Source: Patescibacteria group bacterium
Lineage (GTDB): Bacteria; Patescibacteriota; Microgenomatia; Levybacterales; UBA12049
Direction of reading: 5' to 3'
DNA: 64,000 nucleotides
Assembly: GCA_038063415.1 (NCBI GenBank)
Contig: JBBTVD010000006.1
Coordinates: forward strand, 73,948 to 137,947
Translations under genes and position numbers: made by a program
Part shown: positions 1-9,796 of the stretch, in pieces
Layout of the letters: each line of letters begins with the position of its first letter
How positions within the stretch are numbered: the stretch's first letter is position 1
Notes under the pieces: generated by a model
Told to the model about the DNA's origin: nothing
Databases searched by the model: none
Seen by the model: only the letters and a program-made list of their open reading frames with translations

Positions 1-1461
1 TTACCTATAGTGCAAGAAGCCACAAGTGTTTTGGAAGAATTTGGTCTAGATTATGATATCAGCATTATTTCTGCACATAGAAATCCAGAAGGGCTTACCA
101 CGCATATTAAATCCGCAGAAGCAAACGGGACAAAACTGTTTATTGGCGCTGTAGGAATGGCAGCACATTTACCTGGGGTTATTGCATCTCAAACAATTCT
201 TCCCGTAATTGGGATACCAATCTTGTCAAAAAGCTTGGGGGGAGCTGATGCACTGTATTCAATTGTTCAGATGCCACCGGGTGTTCCGGTAGCAACAGTA
301 GGTATTAACGGAGCAAAAAATGCTGGACTGTTGGCAGTACAAATATTGGCACTATCTGATAAAAAACTTGCAAAAAAATTGACTGAATTCAAACAAAAAA
401 TGCGGGACGGTGTTGAAAAAAAATCAGCAAAATTACAACAACTTGGCGTACAACAGTATCTGGAGGAAATGAAAAAACCAACGATGCCCGAATCAAAAGC
501 TACACTTACGGATACGGTAACAAATGTTTTGGAAACAATCGATATCCCAGATCTTGGCAAAAAGTATCAAGGCAAAGTCCGCGACTTTTATATTATTGGT
601 GATAAACGAATTACCATAACGACCGATCGACAATCCGCTTTTGATGTTGTTCTTGGATATATTCCTTATAAAGGTGCTGTGCTTAATCAGCTTGCGGCAT
701 TTTGGTTCCAAAAGACAAAAAAAATCGTTCCCAACCATGTTATTGCTGTCCCCGATCCAAATGTATTAATTTCTAAAAATTGCCAACCCATTCCTGTGGA
801 AATGGTCGTTCGCGGATATCTTTCTGGTGTGACAAAAACGTCGGTTTGGTACTCGTATGAAAAAGGGGAGCGAACAATTTACGGAATGAAATTTCCTAAC
901 GGCATGAAAAAAAATCAAAAATTGCCTATTCCGATTATCACCCCAACAACGCACCCCGAAGCAGGAAGCAAGCTTCATGATGAACGGTTAACCCGAGACG
1001 AGATTATTAAACAAAACATTGTCCCGGCAAAACTCTACAAACAAATGGAAGAAGTTTCATTGGCACTCTTTGCTTTTGGACAAAAACGAGCAAAAAAACA
1101 GGGACTTATCCTGGTTGATACCAAATATGAATTTGGTCTCTTTGATGGCAAGTTGACATTGATTGATGAGATTCATACTCCTGACTCCTCACGGTTTTGG
1201 CTAGAGGATACCTACAAAGAACGACTAAAAAATGAACTTGAACCACAAAGTTTTGATAAGGAATTTTTGCGCCTTTGGTATGTACAACAAGGATATAAAG
1301 GAGATGGTACGCCTCCACCAATGCCAAAAGAAATTGCGATAAAAATGTCTCAACTTTATATTGATGCGTATGAAAAAATCACTGGAGAAAAATTTAAAAT
1401 CTTCCCCTATCCGATCGGAGAAAGAATTAGAAAAAACCTTAAACAGTCAGAAATCTTGTAA
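1..1461 (+). CDS. purE-purC: PurE (N5-CAIR mutase/AIR carboxylase)-PurC (SAICAR synthetase) fusion, 5'-truncated by the window edge
   Basis: N-half has PurE motifs (ISAHRNP, GMAAHLPG, SIVQMPPGVPVATV). C-half has PurC motifs (YQGKVRD, TDRQSAFD, LVDTKYEFG, DEIHTPDSSRFW, SFDKEFLR). The frame is open from base 1. Confidence 0.92.
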   Translation, partial: LPIVQEATSVLEEFGLDYDISIISAHRNPEGLTTHIKSAEANGTKLFIGAVGMAAHLPGVIASQTILPVIGIPILSKSLGGADALYSIVQMPPGVPVATVGINGAKNAGLLAVQILALSDKKLAKKLTEFKQKMRDGVEKKSAKLQQLGVQQYLEEMKKPTMPESKATLTDTVTNVLETIDIPDLGKKYQGKVRDFYIIGDKRITITTDRQSAFDVVLGYIPYKGAVLNQLAAFWFQKTKKIVPNHVIAVPDPNVLISKNCQPIPVEMVVRGYLSGVTKTSVWYSYEKGERTIYGMKFPNGMKKNQKLPIPIITPTTHPEAGSKLHDERLTRDEIIKQNIVPAKLYKQMEEVSLALFAFGQKRAKKQGLILVDTKYEFGLFDGKLTLIDEIHTPDSSRFWLEDTYKERLKNELEPQSFDKEFLRLWYVQQGYKGDGTPPPMPKEIAIKMSQLYIDAYEKITGEKFKIFPYPIGERIRKNLKQSEIL

Positions 1462-1490
1462 TTATCCACTGCTTCGATTATGATTACCTC

Positions 1491-2342
1491 ATGTTTTTTC
1501 TTCCTGCTTGGCTAATATTTTCTTTACTGACTGGCATTCTTTCTAACACTTTCAACTTCATGAGTCGATTCATCCTCCGCAAAGGAGATGACTCGACAGT
1601 TTTTTCCTGGTATTTTGAATGTTTCCGTTTTATCATTTTTGCTTCCCTTGCATTCTTTGACTGGCGTCTTGTCATAACACCACAATCTCTTTTATTACTT
1701 TTACTGTTAGGGATGAGTCAATTTCTTTCAAGTTATTATTATATGAAAATGCATGCAAATACTCACCTGTCAATTTCTGCAATTCTTTCCCGGGCGAGAA
1801 TGATTTGGGTCCCAATTCTGGCTTTTATTTTTATCAATGAAAGACTCTTTCTCCTTGACTATCTCGGCATTTTGATCGTTTTCTTGGGTATTAGTATAAC
1901 AACTGCACCCAAAAAATTAGTTTTTGATAAAGGAGCTCGCTATGCAAATCTATTTGCAATTTTTACTGCGGCAAATGTTATCTTTATCAAACTATTGTTA
2001 CCAATCGCCTCAGATTTTGTCATCATAGCAGCAATGTCACTTCCCGGAACTTTCTTATATCCGTTTCTTATGCGTAATGCAAAACAAAGGATATTTACTT
2101 CATTTCGAACTAAATTTCCACTAAAAGTACTCGCGATAGCGATAAGTATCGTTGCGATGTTTTTTCTTACGACTGCTCTACGACTTGGGGATGCAAGTAA
2201 AGTGAATGCGATATATCAGGGCATGATGATTCTTTCGGTCCTAGCAGGGATTATTTTCTTACATGAGAGAAAAGATATTGCAAGAAAACTCATTGGCACA
2301 ACGATAACGGTTATAGGTGTGGTCTTAATTAGTTTTTCATGA
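1491..2342 (+). CDS. EamA/DMT family transporter
   Basis: 283 aa, about 10 hydrophobic segments in two repeats, each ending in a F-x-x-E-R/K motif. Confidence 0.85.
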   Translation: MFFLPAWLIFSLLTGILSNTFNFMSRFILRKGDDSTVFSWYFECFRFIIFASLAFFDWRLVITPQSLLLLLLLGMSQFLSSYYYMKMHANTHLSISAILSRARMIWVPILAFIFINERLFLLDYLGILIVFLGISITTAPKKLVFDKGARYANLFAIFTAANVIFIKLLLPIASDFVIIAAMSLPGTFLYPFLMRNAKQRIFTSFRTKFPLKVLAIAISIVAMFFLTTALRLGDASKVNAIYQGMMILSVLAGIIFLHERKDIARKLIGTTITVIGVVLISFS

Positions 2343-2377
2343 TATTGGTTGGAAATCTTGGGGAAAGTATAGACATA

Positions 2378-2406
2378 TTGACCGCATAAAAACTATAGTT
2401 TACAAT
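2378..2406 (+). promoter_or_regulatory. sigma70-type promoter of the mazEF(-purM) unit
   Basis: TTGACC (2378-2383), 17 nt, TACAAT (2401-2406); ATG lies 9 nt downstream. Confidence 0.7.
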
Positions 2407-2415
2407 AGACTCACT

Positions 2416-2649
2416 ATGATGACCAATATCATCGCAACTGATAATTCAAAAAATATACTTGTTCCCAAGATACTTTTAGAGAAGAGCGGCTTAAGCACTG
2501 ACGCAATCGTTCAGACAAAAAAAGGCGAAATTCGTATCATTTCTGCACGTAAACAAACTGTTACTGAAAATACACTCATATCCGAAAAAGCATTAGCAGC
2601 CGACTGGAACAGACCTGAAGAGGAGCAAGCATGGATACATTTGAAATAG
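2416..2649 (+). CDS. Antitoxin (AbrB/MazE-like N-terminus, DUF2281-like C-terminal motif)
   Basis: 77 aa, overlaps the downstream PemK/MazF gene; C-terminus ISEKALAADWNRPEEEQAW is typical of MazF-associated antitoxins. Confidence 0.75.
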   Translation: MMTNIIATDNSKNILVPKILLEKSGLSTDAIVQTKKGEIRIISARKQTVTENTLISEKALAADWNRPEEEQAWIHLK

Positions 2650-2963
2650 GAGATATTGTTTTAGTCTTATTTCCTTTTTCAGATTTAAAAGGACAAAAAT
2701 TGCGTCCTGCACTCGTTTTGGCAAAAGCCGAATTTAATAACCTCATCCTCTGCCAAATAACTTCAAAATCTTATGCAAGTAAAACAGCAATTTCTCTTAC
2801 GCAAGTAGACTTTGTAGCAGGAGGACTCCCGATTAATAGCTTTATTCGTCCAGATAAAATTTTCACGGCAGAAGCATCGATTATCCAAAATCAAGCAGGT
2901 AAAATAAACTCGAAAAAGAAACACCTTGTTTTAGAGAGAATGCAAAAAATGTTCACTGTCTGA
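2631..2963 (+). CDS. mazF: PemK/MazF family toxin (mRNA interferase)
   Basis: Motifs GDIVLVLFPFSD, KLRPALVL, LCQITS, SFIRPDKIFT. Confidence 0.9.
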   Translation: MDTFEIGDIVLVLFPFSDLKGQKLRPALVLAKAEFNNLILCQITSKSYASKTAISLTQVDFVAGGLPINSFIRPDKIFTAEASIIQNQAGKINSKKKHLVLERMQKMFTV

Positions 2964-2964
2964 T

Positions 2965-4962
2965 ATGAAACAACAACAGGATAAACTCGAAATCTGTAAA
3001 CAAACAAGAATGTTTGCAGCTGATTCTCTTTATAAAGTTCTCAAAAAACTGCTGGCATCTCATAAACCAATTTCTGAAGTAAGACTCCGTGACGAGTGGC
3101 TTACCGAGATGCGTAAAAATAAAAATATCTTCCCAGACGGCTGGTATACACCTCCGCCCTTTGGTATCTCTGTATTATTTGGGGATGATAAACATTTGGA
3201 AAGAATAAATTATAAAAGCTTACGAGAAAAGGACAAATGGCCACGAAATAACGTTTTTCTTAATACGAACAGTGGGATTGCATTTTTTTATATATCCCCT
3301 GTTGATAAAGAATCTGGAATTATTGGTGATTTTGCTATTACGCTCTATTTCGGCAAAGATAAAACTATTCAAAATCACTTTTTAAAGTCATTCACTATTA
3401 ATAAAGAAGTATTTATAAACATGACGATTGGAATGTCCTTAAATGATATAAACCAACTAACATATAAACTTTTACAAAAGAATGGTGTCTCCAGTGATCT
3501 ACTTAGCCCAACTGACCCAACAGGGACTAATTATGGGCATACTATTCCCGCTTCTTATGAAAATTGGAATTCTGAAGAAATAAAAGCTCTCCAAAATGGT
3601 AGTAAGGATTGGGAAACAGCTCTTACAATGATTAGTAAAAAAAGAAAATTTGTAAATGCACAAGAGCCTCTAAAAATTAAACCAGGTATGGCAGTTACCA
3701 TAGAATCAAGACCAGAAGTACTCGATAATCCAAAAATCCCGATGACTTTATTTCATATGATTGCCATTTTTAAAGAAGATGGATCAAAAGAATTGTTAAC
3801 TGGTTTTGACAATCTCTTTACATTATCGGGAATGGATTATATGATAGAGCCAGTGAAAAAACAAAAAATTAGCTATAAAGAATCAGGTGTTGATTATGAA
3901 TCGCTCGACCCTGCAAAGACCCTCGCCCAAAAAGCTGGACAGCAAACAGCAAAACATTTAACCAACTATGGATTTAACGAATTGAGTGATACTCGTGGAG
4001 AATCTGCATTTATTTGGAAACAAAAAAATATTTACATGGCATCTGTCACAGAAAGTCTCGGAACCAAAAATTTAGTCGCCGATGCCATGCGGGAAATTAC
4101 TGGAAAAACGTACTATGATGCAATTGGGTATGATACTGTCGCCTCAGCACTTAATGATCTTACCTCGGTTGGCGCAAAACCCTTAACAGTTTTTGCTTTT
4201 TGGGCAGTTGGGAAAAGCAGTTGGCTTGATGATCTAGACAGAACAACGGACCTCGTCAATGGTTGGAAACAAGCCTGTGATGACGCAGAAGCTACCTGGG
4301 GGGGAGGAGAAACGCCTTCTTATAACGATATTGTTCGACCTGAAGTTGTTGCTCTTGGTGGATCAGTGGTGGGCATTATTAAAACAAAAAAACGATTACT
4401 GCTCGATAAAAAAATAAAGGTCGGTGACAGAATACTTTTCTTGAAAAGTTCTGGTATTAATGCTAATGGCATTTCTCTTTCACGAGCTGTTGCAAAGAAA
4501 TTACCAAACGGATATGCAACTAAGTTAAAGACTGGAGAGATGTATGGAGAAGCAATTCTGGCAAAAACGCATATCTATGCAAAGCTAATTCAAGATCTCC
4601 TTGATGCAAACATCGATCTCCATTATATTTCTAATATCACCGGACATGGACTGAGAAAAGTTATGCGTGGACGAGGAAATTTCACTTATGTCGTCGAAAA
4701 AGTATTTGAACCTCAAGAGCTATTTACGTTGATCCAGCACCATGCTGGAATGTCAGATTATGAAATCTATGGCACATATAACATGGGACAAGACTATGCA
4801 CTCTTTTTGCCAGAAAAAGATATCAAAAAAGCACAACAAATTGTCAAAAAAAACAACTTTGAAAGTCTCAATGCAGGCTATGTTACAAAAGGAGAAAGAC
4901 AAGTGATTATCGAACCCAAGAATATTACCTTTACTGGAGACCGACTACAAGTACGAACATAA
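2965..4962 (+). CDS. purM: Fusion of a divergent M24 (pita-bread) peptidase-like domain (about aa 1-293) and AIR synthase PurM (about aa 300-665)
   Basis: C-half: SYKESGVD, ESLGTK, ALNDL, GGET, SSGINANG, NITGHG, TYNMG. N-half: GDFAIT, YGHT, PGMAVTIE. Confidence 0.85.
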   Translation: MKQQQDKLEICKQTRMFAADSLYKVLKKLLASHKPISEVRLRDEWLTEMRKNKNIFPDGWYTPPPFGISVLFGDDKHLERINYKSLREKDKWPRNNVFLNTNSGIAFFYISPVDKESGIIGDFAITLYFGKDKTIQNHFLKSFTINKEVFINMTIGMSLNDINQLTYKLLQKNGVSSDLLSPTDPTGTNYGHTIPASYENWNSEEIKALQNGSKDWETALTMISKKRKFVNAQEPLKIKPGMAVTIESRPEVLDNPKIPMTLFHMIAIFKEDGSKELLTGFDNLFTLSGMDYMIEPVKKQKISYKESGVDYESLDPAKTLAQKAGQQTAKHLTNYGFNELSDTRGESAFIWKQKNIYMASVTESLGTKNLVADAMREITGKTYYDAIGYDTVASALNDLTSVGAKPLTVFAFWAVGKSSWLDDLDRTTDLVNGWKQACDDAEATWGGGETPSYNDIVRPEVVALGGSVVGIIKTKKRLLLDKKIKVGDRILFLKSSGINANGISLSRAVAKKLPNGYATKLKTGEMYGEAILAKTHIYAKLIQDLLDANIDLHYISNITGHGLRKVMRGRGNFTYVVEKVFEPQELFTLIQHHAGMSDYEIYGTYNMGQDYALFLPEKDIKKAQQIVKKNNFESLNAGYVTKGERQVIIEPKNITFTGDRLQVRT

Positions 4963-5066
4963 ACTCTCTTGTCGTTTTCCCTTGACAAGCAAAACAACCG
5001 TCTGCTAGTGTAAGATAAGGCGGTGGTTTACTGCTCATATTTCTGTTATATTCAAAAAATTAAATA

Positions 5067-6893
5067 ATGATTAACATACTAGGCATTGGGCAGAAAGATG
5101 ATCAAATCTTACTTTATTATGCTTATACCAAAAGCGGTAAGACGTTCTGTAAAGTTGTAAGCAGTACCGACGGATACCAATTTAATGGACAAACAAAATA
5201 CGTTATCGCCACTGATGAAAAGAATCGTGAAGAGAAAAATTATGATTGGTATAAGGCAAGAATTGCAAAGCAAAAGGACACTTACTTCTTAACCTATAAA
5301 ACACTTTCTAAAACAGCACCCAATCTCCACGGAGCTGTTTCATCAGACTTCTTACGTTGGACAAAAAGTGGACGAATTGAATCTCTTAAAGAAGTGGGGA
5401 CTGTTATCCCTGATTTTAAGGATAAAAATAGGTATGTGATGTACTTTGGGGAACAGACCATCAAATTGGCCTATTCTGGAGATTTGAAAAATTGGAAAGT
5501 TGATGAGACTCCCCTGCTTGAGCCTCGAGTTGGAACTTTTGAAGAAGATAGCAATCTTGAAGTAGCTGGGGTATTCCAAGCATATGACAATATTCTCTTG
5601 CCTTATTACAGCAAAAGGCAAGAAAAAGGAAAGTATTGCTATGAGGTTGGCGCCTGTCTCTTCAATAGAAAAAATCCCAAAGAAATTATTTGGCGATCAG
5701 AAAAACCGCTATGGTCAACGCCACGTGATCTCCATCATGAAAGCTTAAAGCCCCTCGGTATTGCCATGTTTAAAGAACAACTTATTCTTTATTGGACACT
5801 TCACGAAACAACAGTGTTTGCTGTATCCTGTCCAATACCAGGGAAACATGCTCAGGCAACCGACAAGCAGTTTAATGTCGTTCTCAATCGCTACGCAAAC
5901 AATCCAATCATTACTCCTAATCCAAAGAATAAATGGGAATCACGAGCTACTTTTAATAGCGCAGCATTGTATGAAGATGGTAAGGTACATTTCTTGTATC
6001 GAGCGCTAGGAGCCAGTGATATTTCAGTACTCGGCTATGCAAGTAGTTGTGATGGAGTAACGATTGATGAACGCAGCGATTTACCAGCGTATGTCCCACG
6101 AGAGGATTTTGAATTGCCTCAAAATCTTGGTGATCACCAAGCAATTATTGACCCATATATTTCAGGTGGAGGATATGGTGGAATTGAAGATCCTCGCATT
6201 ACACGCATTGAGGATACTATTTATCTTACGTATGTTGCACATAATGGCGCGAGTCCTCCACGAGCCACGATAAGTTCTATCAAGGTTGAGGATTTTCTTA
6301 AGCAACGTTGGGATAAATGGTCAAAGGCAAAACTTATCTCGGCTCCAGGTATTGTCAATAAAAGTGCAGTCATTTTCCCGGAGAAAGTACAGGGGAAATA
6401 TGTTATCTTTCACCGAGTATATCCCAATATTCTTGTGGATTATGTTGACGATCTGAATTTTAATAACTATCTACAGGGGCAATATTTTATCCCACCTCGT
6501 AAAACGCATTGGGATAGTAAAAAACTTAGCGCAGGTGCACCACCAATTCGAACCAAAGATGGCTGGCTCATGATTTATCACTCGGTAGGGTATCAAGACC
6601 CAAGTAGATACAAAATTGGAGCTATGCTACTTGATCTGGAGAATCCAACAAAAGTGCTGTACCGAAGTAATAAACCAATTATTTCACCTGATGCGCCCTA
6701 TGAAAATGAAGGCAAAGCAGGCGTGGTATATCCTTGTGGTGCAGCTGTAGTTGGTGATACTTTGCATGTTTATTATGGTGGTGGTGATACGGTACTCTGC
6801 GCCGCTAGTCAAAATCTCAATACCTTTCTTGAACAAATGAAATATAACCAGGAACCAAAATTGCAAAAAATTCAGAGCCCTATGCTTAACTAA
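5067..6893 (+). CDS. GH130-like glycosidase/phosphorylase with a degenerate N-terminal propeller and an intact C-terminal propeller
   Basis: RYANNPII, TFNSAA, GIEDPRIT, GAPPI, VVYPCGA, YYGGGD in the C-half; partial repeats of these in the N-half. Confidence 0.85.
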   Translation: MINILGIGQKDDQILLYYAYTKSGKTFCKVVSSTDGYQFNGQTKYVIATDEKNREEKNYDWYKARIAKQKDTYFLTYKTLSKTAPNLHGAVSSDFLRWTKSGRIESLKEVGTVIPDFKDKNRYVMYFGEQTIKLAYSGDLKNWKVDETPLLEPRVGTFEEDSNLEVAGVFQAYDNILLPYYSKRQEKGKYCYEVGACLFNRKNPKEIIWRSEKPLWSTPRDLHHESLKPLGIAMFKEQLILYWTLHETTVFAVSCPIPGKHAQATDKQFNVVLNRYANNPIITPNPKNKWESRATFNSAALYEDGKVHFLYRALGASDISVLGYASSCDGVTIDERSDLPAYVPREDFELPQNLGDHQAIIDPYISGGGYGGIEDPRITRIEDTIYLTYVAHNGASPPRATISSIKVEDFLKQRWDKWSKAKLISAPGIVNKSAVIFPEKVQGKYVIFHRVYPNILVDYVDDLNFNNYLQGQYFIPPRKTHWDSKKLSAGAPPIRTKDGWLMIYHSVGYQDPSRYKIGAMLLDLENPTKVLYRSNKPIISPDAPYENEGKAGVVYPCGAAVVGDTLHVYYGGGDTVLCAASQNLNTFLEQMKYNQEPKLQKIQSPMLN

Positions 6894-6899
6894 TTGCTC

Positions 6900-8840
6900 A
6901 TGATACAACTGCAACGATTACCCAATAATCCTATCATCACCCCTAACCCTCAGTCAGTGTGGGAAGCTGTGGGCGCATTCAATGGTTCTGTTGCAAAAGG
7001 ACCAGATGGTTATCATATTGTCTATCGGGCACTTTCTTCCGAACAGGAAATTGAGGGAGTGAGTATGCGTCTTTCCACTATTGGGTATGCAACAAGTACC
7101 GACGGCATTACTTTTGGAGAGCATATACAGCTAATCAAGCCTACAGAAGAATGGGAAAAGTACGGATGCGAAGATCCACGTATTACGTTCTTTAATGGGA
7201 AATATTATATTTTTTATACTGCTCTTTCTACCTATCCTTTTTCTGGTCAAGGCATAAAGACTGCTGTCGCGATTACCAAAGATTTCAAAAATATAGAAAA
7301 ACATCCCGTTAGTACCTTTAATGCCAAAGCTATGGCACTTTTTCCTGAACGAATTAATGGGAAAATGGCTGCACTTATAACGATAAATACAGACTATCCA
7401 CCAGCAAAGATTGCGCTTGCTACGTTTGATCACGAAGAAGAAATTTGGTCACCTTATTTCTGGCAAGAATGGTACGACAACGCAAATGATCACATCATTC
7501 AACATCTCCTTCTTGATATGCGAGATCAGGTTGAATTAGGTTCACAACCAATAAAAACAACAGATGGGTGGCTTATTATTTATTCGTATATCCAAAACTA
7601 CTTAGGCAATGAAAAAATCTTTGGAATTGAAGCTGCTATGCTTGATCTGGAAGATCCACGGAAGCTTTTGGGGAGGATTCGCTCACCGCTACTTATACCA
7701 GAAGAGAAGTACGAGCTGGAGGGAGATATTCCCGATATTATTTTCCCTTCTGGAGCAATTGTTAAAGATGAAACGTTATTGGTGTATTATGGAGCAGCAG
7801 ATACGAGAACAGCCGTTGCAAGCTGTCCGCTACAGTCGCTGGTAGATGAACTTCTCCCACATCCACATACTGATGGAAATCCAGTCCCTGAGGACTTTAG
7901 CAAACTTAAACGATTCTCCGGGAACCCAATTCTGACTCCAGCACTTGAACTTGACTGGCAAGCACGATGCGTGTTCAATCCTGCTGCTATTTATGAAGGT
8001 GGTAAGATTCATATTCTTTACCGTGCACAATCGATGAATGGAACGTCGGTTGTAGGATATGCAAGCACAACTGATGGCTTTCATATCGAAGAGAACCTGG
8101 ATGATCCTATCTATATGCCTCGGGCAGACTTTGAAAAAAAGATAGAGCCAGTAGGGAATTCTGGCTGCGAAGATCCTCGCATTGCAAAAGTCGGGGACAG
8201 AATTATTATGTGTTATACCGCCTACGACGGAGAAAGACCACCTCGAGTTGCTATGACTTCTATTTCTCTTACTGACTTTCTCAAGAAACAATGGGATACA
8301 TGGGAAATGCCCAAACTGATTTCACTTGCCGATGTTGATGATAAAGATGCTTGTATCGTTGAAGGAAAAAAGCCTGGAGCTTATCTCATTTTCCATAGAA
8401 TGCATGGCTCTATTTGGTTACAAGTAGCCGACCATCTTAATTTCGGCGATGGAGAATATATCACCGGTGATATCCTGGCACAAGCGAGGTCTGATAATTG
8501 GGACAATGTCAAACTAGGAATCGCAGGACCTCCACTCCCGACAGAAAAAGGATGGTTGCTTTTGTATCATGCAGTGTGTGATCCTGGGAGTGTCTATAAA
8601 GTTGGTGCAATGCTGCTTGATTACGATGATCCTTTTAAGATTCTTGCTCGAACAGATGCACCTATTTTTGAACCGGAGACAATGTATGAAAAAGTAGGAG
8701 AGATCCCAAACGTTGTTTTCCCTTGTGGAGCCATTATCAAAGATGATACGATTTTTGTCTATTATGGCGGGGCAGATAAGGTTGTTGGAGTCGCAACGAT
8801 GCCGATCAAACAATTATTGCAGTTGTTGACGAAAGAATAA
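6900..8840 (+). CDS. GH130-like glycosidase/phosphorylase with two tandem domains
   Basis: Two copies of NPI-FN-YRA-GCEDPRI-(I/V)FP-YYGxAD. ATG at 6900 preferred over TTG at 6894. Confidence 0.88.
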   Translation: MIQLQRLPNNPIITPNPQSVWEAVGAFNGSVAKGPDGYHIVYRALSSEQEIEGVSMRLSTIGYATSTDGITFGEHIQLIKPTEEWEKYGCEDPRITFFNGKYYIFYTALSTYPFSGQGIKTAVAITKDFKNIEKHPVSTFNAKAMALFPERINGKMAALITINTDYPPAKIALATFDHEEEIWSPYFWQEWYDNANDHIIQHLLLDMRDQVELGSQPIKTTDGWLIIYSYIQNYLGNEKIFGIEAAMLDLEDPRKLLGRIRSPLLIPEEKYELEGDIPDIIFPSGAIVKDETLLVYYGAADTRTAVASCPLQSLVDELLPHPHTDGNPVPEDFSKLKRFSGNPILTPALELDWQARCVFNPAAIYEGGKIHILYRAQSMNGTSVVGYASTTDGFHIEENLDDPIYMPRADFEKKIEPVGNSGCEDPRIAKVGDRIIMCYTAYDGERPPRVAMTSISLTDFLKKQWDTWEMPKLISLADVDDKDACIVEGKKPGAYLIFHRMHGSIWLQVADHLNFGDGEYITGDILAQARSDNWDNVKLGIAGPPLPTEKGWLLLYHAVCDPGSVYKVGAMLLDYDDPFKILARTDAPIFEPETMYEKVGEIPNVVFPCGAIIKDDTIFVYYGGADKVVGVATMPIKQLLQLLTKE

Positions 8841-8965
8841 AGAATGATGCTTGAGTTTGGGGTTGTGTTCGTAACACTCCGGAGAGCATAGAGTCTTTCA
8901 CATTGTGAATCTGAAAGAATGAAATCATTAGCAGTAAGATAGTGGCAATATCTTTAACAAACTTC

Positions 8966-9796
8966 TTACACTCTTGCACCTGTCAGATTGCCACTCTCGT
9001 AACGTTTCCGTCCAATATTGAGGAACGAAATAGCAAAAAACGTCCAGACGATTGCCACAATCCAAATCGTAAGCACTTTCTCCCAGCTTATTTCCTGTAC
9101 CGCTTCAATGGGAAGACCTCCCATAATAAGGGCTGGGAAGATAAAGATAAAAAAGAATCGTACTCCTCCTTGAAAGATTCCCGCAGGGTAAAGGCTTGGG
9201 CCAAAAACAATCTCAAAAGCAGCTTTTCCAAGCTCTCTGGCATCAGGGATAAAAAAACCAAGACACGATGTGATAAGGAGTAAATTAATCATAAATAAGG
9301 TTGCCGGGATAAGTAGACTAATAAGCACACCTATCTGGATTAGGTTAAGCTGAGCAAGGAGCACATACCCAATCAAAAAAAGAACCCCAAAAAGAATATC
9401 TCCAATAGCAGATATACGAGTAACCAGTGTCAAAATCCGTAAATAGAGATTTTTTGGCGTAAGTAATAAACTATCAAAAAATCCATTATGTAAAGCAACA
9501 GGGAGTTCGGCTGCCCCAGAAAAAAAAGAAAATGCGAGACCATAAGCAAGGGCAGTAAACGCCTGTAACCCAATCACTTCAGTACTCCCCCACCCATTGA
9601 TCTTACCAAATGCCTGAAAGAAAAATATCCAAATAAGAAGAAAGGAACAATTATTAATCATCATCCCAACAACCTGCATCGTAAATGATACTCGTAGCTC
9701 GGCTGCTGCAAGCATATTGTATCGAATGTATGTACCGACCATCCGAAACTCGCTTATCCATTCTTGCCCCAATGACTGTTTTGTTTCTCTTTTCAT
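8966..9796 (-). CDS. ABC-2 type transporter permease (DUF990-like)
   Basis: Hydrophobic; INGW, GFFDSLLLTP, YPAGIF, GRKRYES; in an operon with an ABC ATPase. Confidence 0.85.
   Translation of the reverse strand: MKRETKQSLGQEWISEFRMVGTYIRYNMLAAAELRVSFTMQVVGMMINNCSFLLIWIFFFQAFGKINGWGSTEVIGLQAFTALAYGLAFSFFSGAAELPVALHNGFFDSLLLTPKNLYLRILTLVTRISAIGDILFGVLFLIGYVLLAQLNLIQIGVLISLLIPATLFMINLLLITSCLGFFIPDARELGKAAFEIVFGPSLYPAGIFQGGVRFFFIFIFPALIMGGLPIEAVQEISWEKVLTIWIVAIVWTFFAISFLNIGRKRYESGNLTGARV

Noticed and set aside
1450-2360. 9-bp direct repeat GAAATCTTG at the purC end and after the EamA gene, as an att-like duplication
   Set aside because: Too short and AT-rich to separate from chance, unlike the 46-bp rpsG repeat.
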